DNA of 10,283 nt from Granulicella sp. (GTDB lineage Bacteria > Acidobacteriota > Terriglobia > Terriglobales > Acidobacteriaceae). Position numbers and translations under genes: made by a program. Shown in pieces: positions 7,104-10,283 of this stretch. Positions within the stretch are counted from its first letter, which is position 1, and each line of letters starts with the position of its first letter. Location: NCBI GenBank assembly GCA_027339965.1, contig DAHWNL010000013.1, positions 1 through 10,283 on the forward strand, in the 5' to 3' direction. The notes under the pieces are model-generated. The model made no database searches, was not told where the DNA came from, and worked only from the letters and a program-made list of their open reading frames with translations.

Positions 7104-9599
7104 TTAGCGGATGACCTGGATGAGGCTGCTGGTTGATCCGCTCCAGGCCGGAGAGCCGCTGTGGCTGAGCTGTCCGGTAGCGTCATTCCAGTGCAGTCTG
7201 GTGATGTGGAAGCTACCCTTTTCATATGAGTAGGTCTTTCCGTCGTCGTTGAAGAGAGTGAAGTCAGCGTCTGCGCCTGGAAATATCTGCAACGCATTGA
7301 TCTTCTGCGGTTGAGAGGTGCTGAGAATCCGACTTCCCAGAGGAATGATGGATCCTGCCCGGACGAAGAGGGGGAGAACGTCAATCGGGGCAGAGACGGT
7401 GATCGTCTGACCGCCCTTGTAACGCTGCTTTGTCCAGTAGTTAAACCAGGCTGTTCCGGCCGGCAGATACACTTTGCGGCTTGTCGCTCCCTGTTCGGTG
7501 ACAGGGGCAACCAGAAATGCCGGACCGAACATGTACTCATCGCGGATGTCAGCCACCTTCTGGTCGTGCGGAAAATCCATGAACAGGGCCCTCATATACG
7601 GTGCGTCCGTCTGGTAGCTCTGATATGCGACGGAGTAGATATACGGCAAAAGCTGATAGCGCAGGCGAAGATATTTCTCAAGTATTGGCTCGGCCTGTTT
7701 CCCATAGGCCCAAACTTCGTTATGACTTCGAGCTCCATGAGCCCGCATGACCGGTTGGAAGACTCCCCACTCAAACCAGCGTACAAAAAGCTCTGGATAA
7801 TCCGAATAGCTCTTGACCGTGGCTTCCGCGCCCGCAGGACTTACCAAAGGCGTATGTTCGGGCTGGTAATCCGCGGGAAGATGGGGTGGGCGGAAACCCG
7901 CAATATCGGTGTCCCAGTAAGGGAAGCCAGAGGCCGTAAAGTCCAGTCCAGCCGGAATTGAGCGCTTGAGCATGTCCCAGGTGGCCGTGATGTCGCTCGA
8001 CCAGAAGACGGCACCGTTGGCTTGCGCGCCCAGATACGCTGCTCGGGCCAGGAGAAAAACGCGGCGCTGGTCGCCAAAGTCCCGCCGGAAGCCGTCATAA
8101 ACGGAAGCAGTATGGAACAGGGGGTAGATGTTGTAGTCCTTGCGCCCCGATCCGACGTAAAAGAAATCATGGAGGGGATCGATATCGGGTTCAGTTTCGT
8201 CGAGCCAGATATAGCTGAAGCCGTCCTTCTTCACGTACTCATCACGAATCTTTTCCCACCACCATCTGGCAGCGGCGGGATTTGTGGTGTCGATGTTGGG
8301 GCCAATGGAGTCGGGAACGCCATCGGAGTCGGGTTTGCCATCGGCTTTGCGAATAAACCAGCCATTTTGTTCCAGCATCTTGTAGTACTTGGAGTCGGTG
8401 GCGAAGTGTGGCCAGACACTGATCAGCGTGGAGATGCCCATCGAGTGGAGCTGCTTGTTCATGGCTGCCGGATCAGGCCATCGGCTGGGAACCAAGTCAA
8501 AGTTGCCATACGCCGTCATGTTGAAGAAGTCTACGACCAGGATATCGAGCGGCAGATTGCGCTCCCGGTATCCCTTGGCGACGCTCAGCAGCTCATTTTG
8601 GCTGGCGTAGATCATCTTGCTCTGGATGAAGCCGTATGCAGGCTTCGGCAACATGTGTGCGGGGCCGGTGAGTTGGCGGTATCCTGCGTAAACCTCATCC
8701 GTGTTATCGCCGGCGATGACGAAGAAGGAGACTCGGTCTCCCACGTCAGAGGACCACACATTCTTAAGGTTGAATCCGAGATCGATGGTGGTCTTCGATG
8801 GGTTGTCCCAGATCAGGCCGTAGCCGCGGCTGGAAACCAGGAAGGGAACACAGACGCTCTCTCCACCCACTGCGTCATAGTTTTGCCAACAACGGATGCG
8901 ATGGTCTCGGAGATCCAAAAAGCCTTGCTGGTGCTGTCCAAGACCGTAATAGTGCTCGTCGGCCGGAGAGTCAAAGACGGCTGATACCTGGAATTCCGCG
9001 TCCGCCTTCGCGATGCTTGAGGATCCCTCGCCGGATTTTTCCCCTTGGTTTGGAGTCATGTTCCAGCGCCGCAGAGAGAGCAGCGGTTTCCCGGATGCAG
9101 TTGCAATCGAGATGAGGTCGTTGAAGGGCCCGGTGACTGGGACTGGACCGTTGATATGGTGCGCAGTGGCGGCGAAGGCCGCCCTGGTCGCCTTGCTCAG
9201 CGGCAGGATGAGCGGCGGCTGATCTCCCGGGCCAATGCGGATAGCCATTTTGCCCGACCGAATCACCTCAGATCCATCCGCGGCCTGCTGGCTGGACCAC
9301 CCCTTCATCGATGGAGCACCCGAGATCCCATATCCAGGCTGAGCAAGAGCAGCGGATCTTTCTGTGCTCAAGGTGATGCGAACGATGTTGGGAGCATAGG
9401 GCTCAATGGCCACGGTACGTCCGTTTCGCGATAGCACGATTGGCGTATCGGCGGCCCACGCGGGCCGGCAACTCATCAGGATCGTTCCTAGCGCCAGGGC
9501 GACTCCGGCCGCACCAACAGAGCGCCACATCGTCCCTCTCCTGCATTCCGCCGACGCTGTCCCGGGAATCTCTACGTTCAAGCCGTGCCTTGATTTCAT
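7104..9599 (-). CDS. Secreted glycoside hydrolase family 31, XylS-like putative alpha-xylosidase, 831 aa
   Basis: YYGLGQHQ, VPFLVSSRGYGLIWDNPS, PLDILVVDF, nucleophile WLDETEP, acid/base WSSDI, YWDTDIAGF, RWFEWGVFQPVMRAHG and YMFGPAFLVAPV. Signal peptide ends AWA|AD. RBS GAGGTG precedes ATG 9599; an alternative ATG at 9530 also has an RBS (GGAGAGGG). Confidence 0.95.
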   Translation of the reverse strand: MKSRHGLNVEIPGTASAECRRGTMWRSVGAAGVALALGTILMSCRPAWAADTPIVLSRNGRTVAIEPYAPNIVRITLSTERSAALAQPGYGISGAPSMKGWSSQQAADGSEVIRSGKMAIRIGPGDQPPLILPLSKATRAAFAATAHHINGPVPVTGPFNDLISIATASGKPLLSLRRWNMTPNQGEKSGEGSSSIAKADAEFQVSAVFDSPADEHYYGLGQHQQGFLDLRDHRIRCWQNYDAVGGESVCVPFLVSSRGYGLIWDNPSKTTIDLGFNLKNVWSSDVGDRVSFFVIAGDNTDEVYAGYRQLTGPAHMLPKPAYGFIQSKMIYASQNELLSVAKGYRERNLPLDILVVDFFNMTAYGNFDLVPSRWPDPAAMNKQLHSMGISTLISVWPHFATDSKYYKMLEQNGWFIRKADGKPDSDGVPDSIGPNIDTTNPAAARWWWEKIRDEYVKKDGFSYIWLDETEPDIDPLHDFFYVGSGRKDYNIYPLFHTASVYDGFRRDFGDQRRVFLLARAAYLGAQANGAVFWSSDITATWDMLKRSIPAGLDFTASGFPYWDTDIAGFRPPHLPADYQPEHTPLVSPAGAEATVKSYSDYPELFVRWFEWGVFQPVMRAHGARSHNEVWAYGKQAEPILEKYLRLRYQLLPYIYSVAYQSYQTDAPYMRALFMDFPHDQKVADIRDEYMFGPAFLVAPVTEQGATSRKVYLPAGTAWFNYWTKQRYKGGQTITVSAPIDVLPLFVRAGSIIPLGSRILSTSQPQKINALQIFPGADADFTLFNDDGKTYSYEKGSFHITRLHWNDATGQLSHSGSPAWSGSTSSLIQVIR

Positions 9600-10083
9600 C
9601 TGTCACCTCTGAATCCAAGAAGGATCGAAGAAACTTGCGTGCCGGGAGCGCTCCTTCCGCGCTCGGGGATGGAAGAGCGCAGGTTCCAAGGCGTCCTTCC
9701 TCCGCTGAATTCATCTGCCTTGCCCCCGGCGGTGGATCCCTGGATCCGTGCTGAAATACAGTGTAATTCCAGCTCGCCCAAGGATCTCAACTTGCCGGGA
9801 AGGGTTGCACTCCTTCCGTGCAGACCCCTCAATTCTCTAATTTTTACCACAGCGTTATCTTCTCGAGTCGTTGTGGTTTCTCTGCTGCCTGCTTGATTTC
9901 GTGCCTCGTTTTGCGGATGAAGTGAGGCTCCCGGGAGAGATTCCAGCAATGCCCGCAGCAGAGGCGCAACGATGGAACATAGACAGGGTTACGATCTCCA
10001 GCGATAGGTTGGAACTGCGTCCAGCTCGCTGGAAGTTGCTGCGCGCATGGTCGCAAAGAAGCAGGCTGATTTGACTGCCGATG

Positions 10084-10119
10084 GCCCCGCCCGGCCGGGC
10101 CGTCATTCATGGGCGGGGC
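10084..10119. repeat. GC-rich 9-bp inverted repeat spanning the stop codon of the partial CDS
   Basis: GCCCCGCCC (10084-10092) / GGGCGGGGC (10111-10119), with an overlapping 12-bp palindrome GCCCGGCCGGGC (10089-10100). No U-tract. Confidence 0.4.
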
Positions 10120-10282
10120 GAACCGATGAGTGCTTTTGATTCGGGGCGAGCTCCTGTCTGGTAACGATGGGCACGTAGCCGATCTCCAGTCCTTTGGGAG
10201 GGGTGACGATGAGGGCCGAGTCAAGCGTCGCCAGCGATCCATGGCTAGGGGGCGCGATGTAGTTGCGGCCAAGCGGCCAGTT
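10103..10282 (-). CDS. C-terminal 59 aa of a hypothetical protein (partial, runs off the right edge)
   Basis: Open frame from the window edge: NWPLGRNYIAPPSHGSLATLDSALIVTPPKGLEIGYVPIVTRQELAPNQKHSSVRPAHE* (TGA 10103-10105). Protein-like composition and mostly G/C third positions. The TPPKGLEIGYVPIVTRQE segment looks familiar to me as a conserved hypothetical C-terminus (recollection, unverified). Not in the ORF track. Confidence 0.7.
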   Translation of the reverse strand, partial: NWPLGRNYIAPPSHGSLATLDSALIVTPPKGLEIGYVPIVTRQELAPNQKHSSVRPAHE

Positions 10283-10283
10283 G

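Noticed and set aside
7311..8984. 216-aa and 320-aa + strand ORFs
   Set aside because: Antisense shadows of the minus-strand GH31 gene.
9844..10272. 142-aa minus-strand ORF in the track
   Set aside because: Out of frame with the more protein-like partial CDS at 10103-10282, and its composition is Arg/Ser/Pro-rich.
1..10283. CRISPR array, tRNA or rRNA
   Set aside because: No regularly spaced direct repeats, cloverleaf or rRNA signatures found by eye.

Overview
GC-rich bacterial window, probably Acidobacteriota (inferred from the protein families only). The left 1.8 kb is a nest of mobile elements. An apparently intact IS110-family element (about 2-1626; DEDD recombinase on the minus strand, 5-1360) has a ~265-bp non-coding end with bridge-RNA architecture, in which two guide-like segments match the element's own end and its flanking target. 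It abuts an 18-bp sequence resembling an IS66 terminus (1625-1642), which in turn abuts the 3' remnant and right end of an ISL3 transposase (1642-1830) missing from the ORF track. The rest is carbohydrate metabolism: a secreted GH31_u1-type alpha-glycosidase (+, 2307-5153), a zinc-dependent MDR dehydrogenase (+, 5708-6799) and a convergent secreted XylS-like GH31 alpha-xylosidase (-, 7104-9599). The C-terminal 59 codons of a hypothetical protein (-, 10103-10282) enter at the right edge. No rRNA, tRNA or CRISPR array was seen.
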